Counted from the first letter of the stretch, positions 33,286 to 45,407 are shown. The stretch: 64,000 bases of DNA from an uncultured Phycisphaerales bacterium (GCA_963772725.1 CAVYYI010000003.1:448001-512000); one strand, 5' to 3'. A program made the numbers and translations. The notes: generated from the letters alone by a model not told the origin.

Positions 33286-33693
33286 CTACGGAGCGATAAC
33301 CTTCACGATAAATTCCGACGAAGTCGGTTCACCGGCTTTCGGTGTGCCCGATACCACGACCCGGTAATCACCAAGGGCCGCGTCATTATCCGCCGTAATT
33401 CTGAGTTGTACGGTGGGCAGGTCGCTGGCCTTTACCATCGTATCAGTCGGGTCAACACTCAGACCTGTGGAAGTCTTCATTTGGAGTTTCACGTCCTGCT
33501 TGAAATATTTGCCCCTTTTCAGCGAGATGGTAAAATTTCTGACCTCACCCTGTTTGACTTTCGTGGGCCACATTGGGACTGCAATCTTGAACCCGTCATC
33601 CTTTGACATACCGCCGCCCCTGGGTCCGCTCGATTGACAGCCTGTTAATACCGCCGCCGCCAACATTGTTGCAATCGCGATTGAAATTTTCAT
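33286..33693 (-). CDS. Hypothetical lipoprotein with an Ig-like beta fold
   Basis: Lipobox 'LTGC'; alternating beta-strand pattern; AAAGGG RBS. Confidence 0.7.
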   Translation of the reverse strand: MKISIAIATMLAAAVLTGCQSSGPRGGGMSKDDGFKIAVPMWPTKVKQGEVRNFTISLKRGKYFKQDVKLQMKTSTGLSVDPTDTMVKASDLPTVQLRITADNDAALGDYRVVVSGTPKAGEPTSSEFIVKVIAP

Positions 33694-33941
33694 ATTTTAC
33701 CCTTTCTAAAAGTTGAAATATATTTCACAATCAGGCCTTTGTACCTTGTTTAAATTAACCCGCCCATAATATCCCGGCTTTTTCGCCGCACCTTTTGTTC
33801 TTATTCTATAACCAATGAGAAATAGCACAATCAGGAGAAACCCTATTTCCTGCTTCAGGAAACCCCAGATTTTTTCGGTAAACCTCAACTATTTTAACAT
33901 TGAGCGAATGATAAGCGTTGTCGGCGTTTCAGGTATCGGGG

Positions 33942-35314
33942 TTAGTCTCTAATCCCCCGCACCAGTTCGGCAAAGTCATTGCCGCGCTGCTCGAAGTTGA
34001 TAAACATATCGTAACTTGCGCATGCGGGGCTTAAAAGAACGACATCGCCTTTAGTGGCGCAACTGGCAGCGGTTTCGACGGCTTTTGCCAGCGAATCTAC
34101 GATTTGGACTTTGGTATTGTTTCGAGGATATTTCGATATGGCCTGTGCGATTTTGGGGGCGGTTTGGCCTATGAGAATGACGGCCTTTGTGTTTTGCGCA
34201 ATTTTTTCACCCAGTTCGTCGAAGGGAATGTGCTTATCATATCCACCGGCGATAATTATTTTGGGTGAGTCGAATGAATCCAGCGCAACCATTGCGCTTA
34301 AAGGAGTGGTTGCCTTTGAATCGTTGTACCAGCTGGCGCCTTTCCGCTGGGCTATGAATTCAAGGCGGTGAGGCAGTGATTTGAATTTCGGCAGACTTTG
34401 TTTTATCTGCTCATCTTTCAGGCCGAAATGTTTGGCGATAATCATCGCGCCGGCAAGATTCGAGAGGTATGCTCTGCCGGGGAGATTGAAGCATTGCCTG
34501 ATTTCACTGCCGACATCATCGGGGGAAAATTTGACGCATATTCTACCGGAGTCTTTATTGTATTTTTCAAACCATCGAAGCCCAACCTCATCGTCAGCGT
34601 TGAATATCGAAAGCGCCGGCGATGTTTTGTCGGTCTTTTGATATTTGAAGATATTTTCCTTTGCCAAGCAGTAACTTTCAAATGTGCCATGGCGGTCGAG
34701 GTGGTTAGGTGTTAAATTCGTAAGAAGCGCAACATGCGGCGCCTTTTTAATCTGAGCAAACTGCTCAATCTGAAAACTCGACAGCTCCAGCACAACAATA
34801 TCATTGGGCCTGATTTTATCGGCTATGGCCAATAAAGGCTCATCCCCGATATTACCGCTCATCCAGACATTTGAATATCGGCAGTCTTTTTGCTCAAGCC
34901 CCGCCCTGAGCAGATGCGCCGTTAGTGCCGTCGTCGTGCTTTTGCCGTTACTGCCTGTTATCCCCACAACTGTTGCCGGACACAACTCGAGGAAAATATT
35001 TATCTGCGACGTGATGAACTTATTATGCTCCTGCGCGATTTTAAGGAACTTATTATCAGGCGGAACCGCGGGATTGGCTATTACAATATCCGCCCCCTCA
35101 AAATCGCTTATCTCGTGGGAACCAAGATGAAACTCCACTCCAGCCAGATTTTTTAATTCTTCGAGCGAATCGCTTAATTTCTCCGCGGGCGCAAATCAGT
35201 AACAACAACCCTGGCACCTGCTTTATTGAGAAATTTAACAACATCGACACCGCCGCCAAAACGTCCCAGCCCCATCACCAAAACTTTTTTGCCGGCGAAA
35301 AATCCCTTGTCCAT
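33942..35314 (-). CDS. murD: UDP-MurNAc-L-Ala:D-Glu ligase (frameshift near 35195)
   Basis: 'MGLGRFGGG' N-terminus, '[11 protein letters not shown]', 'YNDSKAT', 'LLSPACAS'. Confidence 0.93.
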
Positions 35315-35319
35315 AATAT

Positions 35320-36270
35320 TTACAGAAGGCTCTGCATTCCGTTAGACAAATCAACCTTTGCGTCGATAACCGCCTGCTCGATACATCTCTTCCAGTCGTT
35401 GCCGAACTGCTCTTTATATTGCGGTTTTTCGTAAGCGTAAATAATTGAACGCGATGCGTTAATCAAGGCACCTGTTCCGTCCGGCTTACAGAACCGCACA
35501 CAGTCCGCCGCCGTTGCTCCCTGAGAACCGTAGCCCGGCACGAGGAACCATATCTTGTCGTATTTTTTCCGAAGCGCACTGGCCGCTGCCGGCGATGTCC
35601 CGCCGACTATCATTCCGATATTACTGTAACCATGCTGCCCGATATGCTCCGGCTTGATTGCAATCTCGTTCACAACTTCTGCCATCTTCTCGTAAAACTT
35701 TTGTCCATCGGCATCCGCGAAATCCTGAATCGCCGCCGCTGATGGATTGCTCGAACGAACCCAGACAAAAACGCCTTTACCCTGGTCATCGGCGACCTTT
35801 GCGAAAGGCTCTATCCCGTCTGCTCCGGCAAAACCGTTTATTGTAATCGCATCAGGATTTATCGTATCTTCAAGCCCAACCAGCTCAGAATTCTCCAGGT
35901 GCGCTGAGGCGTACATATCAGCAGTATGGCCGATGTCACCGCGTTTCACGTCCCCGATTATTTCCAGCCCCAGGTTGTCCGCCTCGGAAATCAGCGAATA
36001 ATACGACTCAACACCTTCCCAGAAATATTTTTCAAAGTACGCGATATTGACTTTTACCGCGGGCACTAATGGCGCGATAATCCGCATCGTCTGTGTGCAG
36101 AAATCGAAAATAGCGTCAACCGCCGCCGCCGCGTCAAACTCGTCATTCATAGCACGGTGGCTCTTAATCGCCTCAGGCAGTCGGTTGTACACAGGGTCTA
36201 GTCCGACTGTAAGCGTTGTTTTCTTCTTCTTTACGGCATCAAATAACCGGTCAGCAAAATGGCTCGCCAT
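35320..36270 (-). CDS. pyrF: Orotidine-5'-phosphate decarboxylase (type 2)
   Basis: 'VGLDP', 'DVKRGDIG', 'LVPGYGSQG', 'NASRSII'. Confidence 0.93.
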   Translation of the reverse strand: MASHFADRLFDAVKKKKTTLTVGLDPVYNRLPEAIKSHRAMNDEFDAAAAVDAIFDFCTQTMRIIAPLVPAVKVNIAYFEKYFWEGVESYYSLISEADNLGLEIIGDVKRGDIGHTADMYASAHLENSELVGLEDTINPDAITINGFAGADGIEPFAKVADDQGKGVFVWVRSSNPSAAAIQDFADADGQKFYEKMAEVVNEIAIKPEHIGQHGYSNIGMIVGGTSPAAASALRKKYDKIWFLVPGYGSQGATAADCVRFCKPDGTGALINASRSIIYAYEKPQYKEQFGNDWKRCIEQAVIDAKVDLSNGMQSLL

Positions 36271-36379
36271 TCTATAATTCCTTTCCAAATATTCAAAGCA
36301 GCCCTTAAAAGTCTTTTCTAAAAATAGTTTTATTACTATAATCTTAAAGACGCTTTTAAGCAAGACAGAAATTTAATAT

Positions 36380-37062
36380 ATGGATACGGTTTTGGAAAAA
36401 CAGAAAAAATCAAAATTCAAAAGGATTTTACGCTACCTGATTATAGACGCGATTATCTTCGCGTTTTTTCTCTGGCTGCTGCTGGCTAAGCCTGCAGGGT
36501 TCCATCAGGGTAAACCGGCAGTGAATAAAAACGTCAGTTCTTATCTGACCAATGTAATACTCCCGCAGATTTATAACGGCGCTCAATTGCAGGAGCCTTT
36601 TGATGTTATTGTAACTGAGGAGGGGATAAATGATATTATCGCCCATTCCCGCTGGCCTAAACATTCCGGTCAAGCTTCTTTTCTTATGCCGAGCGTTACA
36701 CTGCTTCCCGATGGCGCGGAAATTATGGGCGTGGCCTCCATAAAAGGGGCAGAGATCGTTGTTACAATTGCCGCGGTTCCGGTTGTGGATTCCAACGGGC
36801 TGCTCAATCTCCAGATAAGCAAAATGAAGGTTGGCAATATGAATGTAACACTAATCGCGAAAATGCTCGCTTCGAAAATGTACCACGATAGGCTTAGTGA
36901 AGTTGAAATAAATCCCTCAGATATCGGCGCAGATTCGCAGCCTCTCTCTTCGACGATAAACCTTTTAAGCCCGTCTTTGATATTGCCAACAGGAAAATTC
37001 AGCTTAAAAAAATCGTCCTCGCACAGGAAAAAGTTACCCTCTCGTTTGCTCCGCCCGGTTAA
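36380..37062 (+). CDS. Hypothetical membrane-anchored protein (frameshift near 36935)
   Basis: N-terminal TM; a natural-looking C-terminus ('DDKPFKPVFDIANRKIQL...') lies in a shifted frame ending at TAA 37060-62. Confidence 0.65.
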
Positions 37063-37116
37063 AAATAATTAACATTTTCTAAAGTTGTGATAATAGATTT
37101 TTTGAAGGAGAATAAC

Positions 37117-39418
37117 GTGATTAAACAGACAAGCTTTGTTTTGGCAGTTGTATTTGCTCTTGCAGTTTTGGTTTTTCCAACGCAGGCGGGGGTTCAGGTT
37201 GAAAATGACCGGTACATTATCAATATCGAGACCGCTGATTCCAGTTTCTCCATTGCGGCCAAGCCTTCGGGAAAGAAGTTTCTGGTAAATGGGAAATTGA
37301 GCGGGACGGGCGGGACGGCGAAAGCTGTAAAGTTGACTGACAAGACTTTTGGTTCGGGCAAAGGTATTGAGATTGTTTATCCGGACGGCAATCGTGAGTC
37401 GGCGGCATTGTATCCGGGATTGCCCTTTGTGATGTTCCGTTCGACATTTCATAACAGCGGCAATGAGCCGATAGTTTTGAATCGCATTCCTTTGGTTTCT
37501 GCGGGCGTTGATATTGGCAAAGCTGTAGCTGATATCAAGACACTTGGAACCGGCGGATTGCTGGAGGCCTCGAAAAATCAGGGCAGTTACGCATTTCTGG
37601 CGGTGGCTGACCCGGTTAGCAGGAGCGGTGTTGTTTGCGGATGGCTGACGCATGACCGGGGAAGCGGGGTGGTTTTCTCGCCTGTTGAGGATAATGCTGT
37701 ACGCATAAAGGCGCAGATGGAATATGGACGGCTTCTCATTAAACCCGGTAAGGATGCCGTGGGTGAAGCGTTTATCATAGGTTATTTTGAGGATGCGCGT
37801 TTTGGGCTGGAAGATTATGCCGATGCAATCGCGAAATTTTATAAAGTCAAGCTGCCGCCGCATCATCCGGGGTTGTGCACGTGGTATATGGAAAAGAACA
37901 ACAAAGCATGTGACGAGAAAAATATTCTGGAACTTTCGAAATACGCGGCAAAAAATCTCAAGCCCTTTGGATTTGATTTCATTCAGATTGATGACTGGTG
38001 GCAGGACGGAACCAAAGGAAACGGGCCGGCGAAGAATTTCACGACGCATCGCGCGGATGGGCCTTATCCTTCGGGGATGAAGGCTACGGCAGAAAATATA
38101 AAGAAAGTTGGTTTGACGCCGGGTATATGGTTTATGCCGTTTGCTGGCACCTATAATGACCCGTTTTTCAAGGATCATCAGGAATGGTTCGCCAAAGGAC
38201 CTGATGGGAAGCCTTACGATGTTAAGTGGGGCGGGACATGCCTTGATATGACGCAGCCGGGGGCTCGTGAGTATTTGCGGAATTTAGTCAAAACTATTGC
38301 CAAAAAATGGGGTTACAAGGTTTTCAAGCTGGATGGTTTCTGGACCGGTTCGGCGACGAGGCAGACTTATGTGAACAATGGCTATAAAGAAGACAACCTC
38401 GGTGAGTCTGTATTGTTTAATCCTGACAAGACCAATATTGAAGCGTTGCGGGACGGGACGAAGCTGATTCGCGAGGCGGCGGGGCATGATGTGTTTTTGC
38501 TTGGGTGCTGCGTTTCACAGAATATGCGTTCTTTCGGCGGCTCGTTTGGATTGCTCGATGCGATGCGCGTGGGGCCTGATACAGGCGCGGGACAAATCGG
38601 CTCTATGCACGCTTCTCGATTGTGGTTTTTGAACGGGCGGGTATGGTGGAATGACCCGGACTGTGTCTCTGTACGCGCTAAAGTATCGCTGGAGCAGGCG
38701 AGGCTGAATGCTTCTTTTACAACGATTGCGGGCGATTTGTTTTATAACAGCGATTGGATGCCTGATTTTCCGGCGGAAAGGCTGGATATTTTGCGAAGAT
38801 GTATCCCTACACATTACAGTGTGTCCCGGCCGGTAGATGTTTTTGAGAATCAGCCTGCGCAAAATTTGGCATCTGGCTGATACGAAAGGTGCGGTACGCA
38901 GGGATGTTGTCGCTTTGTATAATTGGGGAAAGAAACCGGTTTCAATTACCTGTCCGGTTGGGCGGATAGGTCTGCCTGCCGCGAAGGAGTATGTTGGTTT
39001 TGATTTCTGGTCAAATAAGTTTATTGCGCCGTTTAAGGATTCCGTAACAGCAGAGTTGGTGGAGGGTTCTTGCCGGATTCTGGCTATCAGGCCTGTTTCG
39101 GAGAATCCGCAATTGCTGAGTACATCGCGCCATATAACACAGGGAATTGTCGATGTCGCCGATGAGAAGTGGGATGCTGGTAAGGGGACGCTGTCGGCGG
39201 TAAGTAAAGTGGTTGCGGAAGATTCGTATGAACTTAGAATCGTTGTTCCGGCGGGGGAGAAGTCGTGGCGTATTACGGGGATAAGCGTGTCGTCGAAAGA
39301 TAAGGCCGCGGGAGTCAAGACGGAATTTAAACAGGATGGCAAGAATATCCGTGTCACAATTACTAGTCCTGTCAGTCGGGAAGTAAAGTGGACTGTGCAG
39401 TTTGAAAAGCTGTCGTGA
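37117..39418 (+). CDS. Secreted alpha-galactosidase-like glycoside hydrolase, GH36/clan D (frameshift near 38865)
   Basis: Signal peptide; 'FIQIDDWWQ', 'GIWFMPF', 'KVFKLDG', 'MRVGPD', 'WNDPD'. Confidence 0.8.
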
Positions 39419-39421
39419 TTT

Positions 39422-40105
39422 TTACATTTCGGGGACGGCTTCGGGATAAACCTGGCCTGTCGCGGTTATACGGAAGATATAGATGAGGCCTTTTCGCAGG
39501 CGTGAATAGACGACGTTGCCGTAAATAGCTTTTATGTCGTAATCCCTGAGTTTTTCGGGGTCGTCGGCAAGGTCCCAGATATTCGACCAGAACATATTGC
39601 GTTCTTTTATCGGCAGCTCTTCGAGCAGTTCCTTATATCGCTGCGGCTCTGCGCCAGCCTCCTCAATTGGAAAACCCTTGGAAGGCGCCATATTCTCGCC
39701 GTAAACCCGCCGCCAAAGATAAAGAGCTTTTTCTTTGCCGTCCATCACCATTTTGTCGCCGAATTTGACTATCAGGGCATCAAAATGAACGGTGTTGCCT
39801 TCGATGGTGTATTCCTTTTCGAGGATTTTTTTCAGCTTGTCATCCCGGGCGGTTTCGACAAATTTGATGGTTGTAAACAGTTGGCCGTTTTTGGTTTCCT
39901 GCGAAACGACCTTTGCGTAGCCTATCTGGTCTTCCTGCGTCAGGTTGGTTATCGCCTGCTTTAGCTGTTTATTTTCCGCCAGGAGCTGATGAATGCTCAT
40001 CGCCCCATAATAAAAGGCTTTGCCTATCACAAAAACGACTATGATTATCGCAAAGCTAACGACATAACCAAAAACCTTGCTTATTTTTAATGTCATAATT
40101 TCCAA
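39422..40105 (-). CDS. Hypothetical protein with N-terminal TM and short coiled coil
   Basis: 227-aa ORF; one TM followed by a coiled-coil stretch. Confidence 0.7.
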   Translation of the reverse strand: MEIMTLKISKVFGYVVSFAIIIVVFVIGKAFYYGAMSIHQLLAENKQLKQAITNLTQEDQIGYAKVVSQETKNGQLFTTIKFVETARDDKLKKILEKEYTIEGNTVHFDALIVKFGDKMVMDGKEKALYLWRRVYGENMAPSKGFPIEEAGAEPQRYKELLEELPIKERNMFWSNIWDLADDPEKLRDYDIKAIYGNVVYSRLRKGLIYIFRITATGQVYPEAVPEM

Positions 40106-40347
40106 TCTTTTTTACTTTCAGGCTTCTTCACCTGTTTTTATATCGGCCAAGGCCAAATTATTCCACAATATATTAAGGATACCGCAAAAGTTTCCCTTTT
40201 TTAATATTTCTTTTCCCGCTTAATCCTGACTATTGCAATTCCGTGAAAAGTTAATATGATATTGAATCAGAAAGGAGTTAATGCGGTTCGGGAAAAATTC
40301 AAAAATCAAAGTTTACAATGCAAAATTGAGGTAAGGAGACATAAATT

Positions 40348-41158
40348 ATGCTGAAATGGTTTAAGCAGTTGGACAATATATTGCGGGGAGAAGCTACCCA
40401 GTTGACGGCGCTTCAGCAGGGCAGGATAGAAATTCCAATAGGGGGACTTTCTGTTGTTCTGATATTTCTCGGGGTGTTATACGGGCTGTGCATGGGGTCT
40501 TATGCGATGATACAAAGCGACGGTCATGCTTATATGCAGCTGATAGCCAGCACAGTTAAATTTCCGCTGCTGTTTTTTCTTACGCTGGTAGTAACATTTC
40601 CTTCTTTGTATGTCTTCAATGCCCTGAGGGGCTCACGGCTGTCGGTCCTGTCAACGCTGCGGCTGCTTGTCGCTTCATTGGGTGTAATGCTGGCTGTGGT
40701 CGCATCGCTTGGGCCTATTGTCGTGTTTTTTGCCCTGAGTACCACAAGCTATCCTTTCATGGTGCTATTGAATGTCGCGACCTGCACGGTTTCGGGTATG
40801 CTCGGACTGACGTTCCTGCTGAGGACTTTGCACAGACTCGTTATCATACAGGAAGATTTGGAGGAAAAACTCTCAACGCCGTCAATTGAACCTCCTAAAG
40901 AAACTCCAGTCGCTGAAGAAACAAAGCATCCAAGTATAAAACTTACCCCGCTCGAACGGGTATGGTAAATCCACCAGCAGGAAAGCGAAAAGCGTCTTCA
41001 GGACGTGGATGATGGTTTTTGCCCTGGTTGGGGCTCAAATGAGCTGGGTATTGCGTCCGTTCGTTGGCTCTCCGACGATGCCGTTCGAATGGTTCCGGAG
41101 CCAGGAAAGCAACTTCTTCGTTGCGGTTGCCAAAACCTTAGTCGCACTTTTTCGATAA
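40348..41158 (+). CDS. Multi-pass membrane protein, paralog 1 (frameshift near 40960)
   Basis: AAGGAG RBS; 'VKFPLLFFLTL..FPSLYVFN'; shifted frame gives 'QMSWVLRPFVGSP'. Confidence 0.75.
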
Positions 41159-41190
41159 GCGGCGACATTTTTTAATTGCGGTTTTTAAGA

Positions 41191-41865
41191 ATGAAAATAC
41201 TTTTTCTTAAAGCGGATGACATTTTACGCGGCGGGCAATGGTCAGTCAGCAGCGGCGATACCGTCAGGAAATTACTTCATCTCGGTTTGATTCTTGCTAT
41301 GTTTGGTATTTTTTATGGCGCGGTAATGGGCAGTTACGGCGGTGTTTTAGGAGAGCGGGTTTGGCAGCTTGTTATTTCCGGTGTGAAAGTCCCGCTTTTG
41401 CTTTTGGCGACGTTCGCGCTCAGCCTGCCGAGTTTCTTCGTCATAAATACGCTGTTCGGCCTGCGCTCGGACTTTGCTTATGTTGTCAGGGCTTTGGTCG
41501 CAACTCAGGCGGGGCTTACGATAATACTGGCATCCTTTGCGCCTTTTACATTATTGTGGTATGTTTCTTTTTCAAATTACCGAGGCGCGATTCTGTTTAA
41601 CGCGTTGATGTTCGGGGTCGCCAGTGTTGTCTCGCAGGTCATTTTACGCAGGTTGTATCAGCCTCTTATTGAACGGAACAGGCGACATCTTATATCTTTA
41701 AGAGCGTGGCTGGTAATCTATGCTTTCATCGGAATCCAGATGGGCTGGGTATTAAGACCGTTTATCGGCTCCCCGAACATGCCGCCTCAATTTTTTAGAG
41801 AAGGCGCCTGGGGAAATGCCTATGTTACTCTCGCGAATATTATCCTCAATTTAATCAGGGGCTGA
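41191..41865 (+). CDS. Multi-pass membrane protein, paralog 2
   Basis: 'VKVPLLLL..LPSFFVIN', 'QMGWVLRPFIGSP'. Confidence 0.8.
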   Translation: MKILFLKADDILRGGQWSVSSGDTVRKLLHLGLILAMFGIFYGAVMGSYGGVLGERVWQLVISGVKVPLLLLATFALSLPSFFVINTLFGLRSDFAYVVRALVATQAGLTIILASFAPFTLLWYVSFSNYRGAILFNALMFGVASVVSQVILRRLYQPLIERNRRHLISLRAWLVIYAFIGIQMGWVLRPFIGSPNMPPQFFREGAWGNAYVTLANIILNLIRG

Positions 41866-41942
41866 AAATCCGGTATCATCCTGCTGCATCGATAATATAT
41901 CCAAAATTAAAATTATTGGTGTCTGAAAATACCTGTGGTTTT

Positions 41943-42737
41943 TTAAAACCGTTTTAGCAGGTTAATTCCTATTGTCGGGCCGCTGTTGCTCATTGTGTAG
42001 GGCAGCACCCTAAAACCCGCGATTTCCATATTTTTGTGCTTGCCCGCGACCGTATGGCCCACGACCCAGCCCAGAGTCGCGCCGAACACAACATCGCTTC
42101 CCCAGTGGTCGCCTGTATCCATCATTCGCCACGCGACTACCGATGCCGCCGCATAAGCGGGAATACCAACCTTATGGCCGTAAAACTCATCAAGTACAGA
42201 AGCCACCGTAAAGGAACTGGCGGTATGTCCGCTCGGCCATGCAAGTTCCGAGCCGTTGGGGCTATCGTTGTTTCTTGCTACTTTTAAAGCCACAGTTGTC
42301 GCGCCGGTAATGGAAAGCGCCTCGAACATAGTCCATGCGCGGCTTTTGTTAAATTCATCCTGATTGCTGCAGCTTGCGGCGTACCAAACACCCGTGGCAG
42401 CAAAATGGAAAGCCGGCCCGCCTATTATTTTCAGGCTCTCATCACTAAATCCATGAAAAGTGTTATGTCTCTCAAAATTTTCGGCGATTTTGTCGTCGGC
42501 ACCGTCATTATGCATTGCCGCACTGACACCGCCTGCTATTAAAAGAGCGGTTATATTATCGTATCTTAAAAATGTTGCCTTTGAACCGTCGAAAAAATCT
42601 TTGGGAAAGTGATGGAAGTCTGCCTTAGCGGATTCAATGAAATCTTTATTAATCGCGGGTTCATCGGCTGCGGACGCACAAAAACAGGCTAAAGCTGTAA
42701 CAATAACGCCAACCAAATAGTTATTGCGATAAAACAT
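41943..42737 (-). CDS. PAP2-family phosphatase
   Basis: 'WPSGH', 'R...HWGSDV'. Confidence 0.88.
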   Translation of the reverse strand: MFYRNNYLVGVIVTALACFCASAADEPAINKDFIESAKADFHHFPKDFFDGSKATFLRYDNITALLIAGGVSAAMHNDGADDKIAENFERHNTFHGFSDESLKIIGGPAFHFAATGVWYAASCSNQDEFNKSRAWTMFEALSITGATTVALKVARNNDSPNGSELAWPSGHTASSFTVASVLDEFYGHKVGIPAYAAASVVAWRMMDTGDHWGSDVVFGATLGWVVGHTVAGKHKNMEIAGFRVLPYTMSNSGPTIGINLLKRF

Positions 42738-42780
42738 AACGATGACTTTCGCTTATGTACAAGAACCACGATAGTTGTTT

Positions 42781-43515
42781 TCAAGCGTCCTGGCCGGAAA
42801 ATATCGCTGAGCCAATGCGAAGAATGGTGGCGCCCTCTTCAACGGCAATTTCATAGTCCGAGCTCATCCCCATACTTAGTTCGGTAAACTGAGGCCCGAC
42901 TATTTTTTCGCCTCGCATTTCGACAAATAATTCCCTCGCGCGGGAAAAGCACGAGCGAATCTTGTCTTTATCTCGAGTCAGCGGTGCCATAGTCATCAGG
43001 CCTGCAAGTTTGAGATTGGGCAAAGATTCAATCTGTTCGGCCAGATGAATCGCTGCGCCGACGGGAATGCCGAATTTTTGCGGTTCCTCGGAGGTGTTTA
43101 TCTGAAGCAGCACTCGCGGACGCAAATTCAACACTGCCGCGTCAGCACTTATTTCCTCGGCAAGGCGAAGTGTGTCAACAGAATGTATAAGACAAGTAAT
43201 ACCAAGGACTTGCTGAACTTTGTTACGCTGGAGATGGCCTATCATGTGCCAGTTGATTTTGGCCGGTAGTTTCGCGTCAGCGCTGGAGCTTAGAAATTCG
43301 GAAATCTGGACGTCAACCTTCTTTAACTGCTGCGCCCTGTTTTCTCCCAGGTCATTAATTCCCAGGGAAATAACTTCTTTGATACTTTCAAAATCGGCTG
43401 ATTTGGTTACAACCACGACTTTGACCTCGCTTGGGTGTCGCGAGGCTCTGGTGCAAGCGGAGTCGATGTTGTCTTTTATTCGCCTAATTCTTTCAGAAAT
43501 CTTTGTCATAGACAA
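42781..43515 (-). CDS. yggS: PLP homeostasis protein YggS
   Basis: 'VVVTK', 'GENRAQ', 'WHMIGHLQRNK', 'LSMGMSSDYEIAVEEGATILRIGS'. Confidence 0.95.
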   Translation of the reverse strand: MSMTKISERIRRIKDNIDSACTRASRHPSEVKVVVVTKSADFESIKEVISLGINDLGENRAQQLKKVDVQISEFLSSSADAKLPAKINWHMIGHLQRNKVQQVLGITCLIHSVDTLRLAEEISADAAVLNLRPRVLLQINTSEEPQKFGIPVGAAIHLAEQIESLPNLKLAGLMTMAPLTRDKDKIRSCFSRARELFVEMRGEKIVGPQFTELSMGMSSDYEIAVEEGATILRIGSAIFSGQDA

Positions 43516-43701
43516 TCGCTGAAAACCTTAAACATAGTAATCAAAACAGGTGAACGGCTTAAAGATATTTTCAACAGTCTGAACTTATAACCTTTTTTGC
43601 CGCTGACAACAAGATTAAGTCCGAAATTTTATTGAAATTTAGTTCGCAGCTCGTGGCTCGGCGCTAGTCGCCGGCACAGATTTGCGCTTAACAACTTACA
43701 A

Positions 43702-43880
43702 ACCTGAACTTTGGATAAGAAACGATGTTTTTGGCCAAATATCAAGGTTTTTCAACTTTATTATCACTAACTTTGGTTCAAAATAGCTGATTTTTGAATA
43801 AAACCGAAGTTTTTTACTTTGTTGCTGCACTTGATGCTTATTTTCAATCGAATAAACAAGGGCTTATCCAAAGTTCAGGT
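43702..43880. mobile_element. MITE, 179 bp, non-autonomous
   Basis: Perfect 18-bp TIR ACCTGAACTTTGGATAAG / CTTATCCAAAGTTCAGGT with TACAA duplicated on both sides; no ORF. Confidence 0.85.
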
Positions 43881-44063
43881 TACAAAGACCATTTCGGGAA
43901 ATAAAGACTGCAATCGGATATTATTCGTATTTTAGCTGGCAAAAATTAATTTCGGCGGGGTGAAAAGAAAGATAAAAAACAAAATAGCAAAAATAAAAAA
44001 GTAAAGTGTCAGATGATGGGTCTTTACGGCGTGGTGTGGAAAAAGCGGTATTTTCCCCACGGG

Positions 44064-45407
44064 CTAAAAAGAGATTTGAGTTAAAACAGCTTGAACCTCG
44101 CTGTCAGATACATACTTAATCGAATAAATCTTTTCCAAAGAGTATTTTTCGTCAGGAAAAAGCTTAATATAATTTTCGACTCTCAAGGGCAGATGTGTTT
44201 CTTTATTTACAAAAAATCGCCACTTGCGAGGTATGAGCGAACCATCGGACGCCCTCTTATTCCATATTAAATCGTAGGCCTCGGTATCCGCTGGAATATT
44301 CAGGCTTGTGCTGGTTACGTGCTGCCAGCGGGCATCAAGTGGAACTGAGGAGATATCCTGAAAAGGCATTAATCCAAAACAGCCGCTCATCTTGTCATTA
44401 ATATTCGCAAGAGTTTCTCTTGTTATGGGCATCATTTGTACAGTGCCGGCAAGCAGGTCTTTTATTTTTTGCGTCTGGGCGTTGGTATCCCACAAAATTA
44501 GCTGGTTTTGTGTTTTAGTAATATAAACTGAAAGTGTTTTCGATACCCACAATTCCTGGGCAGGCTGTGTCTTATCCGGGGCAAAAGTCGCGATATAGAT
44601 GTTTTTTATGTTGTCGAAGGCCTTATAAACCTGTTCGAGTGTAGAAGCCGCTGCTGACGACTGGCTGATAAACAGGGCGACGGCAAAGAGCATAACCGCC
44701 GCCGCAATCAGGCCTGGTTTAAAGAGCCTTGTATGTGTAATCGCTGAAATCCTCTGCTTGAAAGTATGTGCAAAGTCAATTTTTACCGTTTGCGGCTGTT
44801 TTACGGTTTCGCCGCCAAGAACATCGACTTTTACCGGGAAGCCGGCGTAAAGATTGTTTTTTTCGCCGGATGCGGCAGGTTCAGCCACGTTAAATACCGT
44901 GATAACGCCGGACTCCAGGCGTGTCATAATTTTGCGGGCAGTTTGGCCTAATTCAGCATCATCGGCAGTTTTTCCCGCCAAGAGTTTACTTAGTAGCAAT
45001 AACCCGTCCCGATTAAGATTAAGCCCCGCGATAGTCTTTAAATCCTGCCGGCATTGCGGGCAATGGTCTATATGGACGGTTATCGGTGTGGGTATAGTAA
45101 TCGCTAAGTCGCTATCGAGCATGCAGGGCAGCAAGGGCTTCACCGTGCTGCAATCAATGGGTTTACCGATATAAGCAAAATGAAGTTCGAGCATAACATT
45201 AACGGCGGTTAGAGCATTTTTTCCGGCCCGCGAAGTGTTTTTGGCCGCCAAAAGCGAGGTTTTCAGCCCAGCGATTTTTTCCTGACAGATAGCGCAGTTC
45301 TTAATATGTCCGATAATATCATCCGGAATCCGTCTTTCGGCCTGTTTAGTTATGTAATCATAATAGTACTGTTCAGCTTTTTCACATATAGAATCAAATA
45401 TTTTCAT
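44064..45407 (-). CDS. Anti-sigma factor with two HxxxCxxC zinc fingers, one TM and a LolA-like periplasmic domain
   Basis: 'HIKNCAIC' and 'HIDHCPQC'; TM 'GLIAAAVMLFAVALFI'; overlaps the ECF gene. Confidence 0.75.
   Translation of the reverse strand: MKIFDSICEKAEQYYYDYITKQAERRIPDDIIGHIKNCAICQEKIAGLKTSLLAAKNTSRAGKNALTAVNVMLELHFAYIGKPIDCSTVKPLLPCMLDSDLAITIPTPITVHIDHCPQCRQDLKTIAGLNLNRDGLLLLSKLLAGKTADDAELGQTARKIMTRLESGVITVFNVAEPAASGEKNNLYAGFPVKVDVLGGETVKQPQTVKIDFAHTFKQRISAITHTRLFKPGLIAAAVMLFAVALFISQSSAAASTLEQVYKAFDNIKNIYIATFAPDKTQPAQELWVSKTLSVYITKTQNQLILWDTNAQTQKIKDLLAGTVQMMPITRETLANINDKMSGCFGLMPFQDISSVPLDARWQHVTSTSLNIPADTEAYDLIWNKRASDGSLIPRKWRFFVNKETHLPLRVENYIKLFPDEKYSLEKIYSIKYVSDSEVQAVLTQISF

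Noticed and set aside
33131..33286. Possible riboswitch or sRNA between the CPBP gene and the lipoprotein gene
   Set aside because: Lies between convergent gene ends; only weak hairpins and no riboswitch consensus that I recognise.
37069..39357. Long antisense ORFs (369 and 280 aa) opposite the GH36 gene, and similar shadows elsewhere
   Set aside because: They overlap a well-supported gene and have no recognisable motifs.
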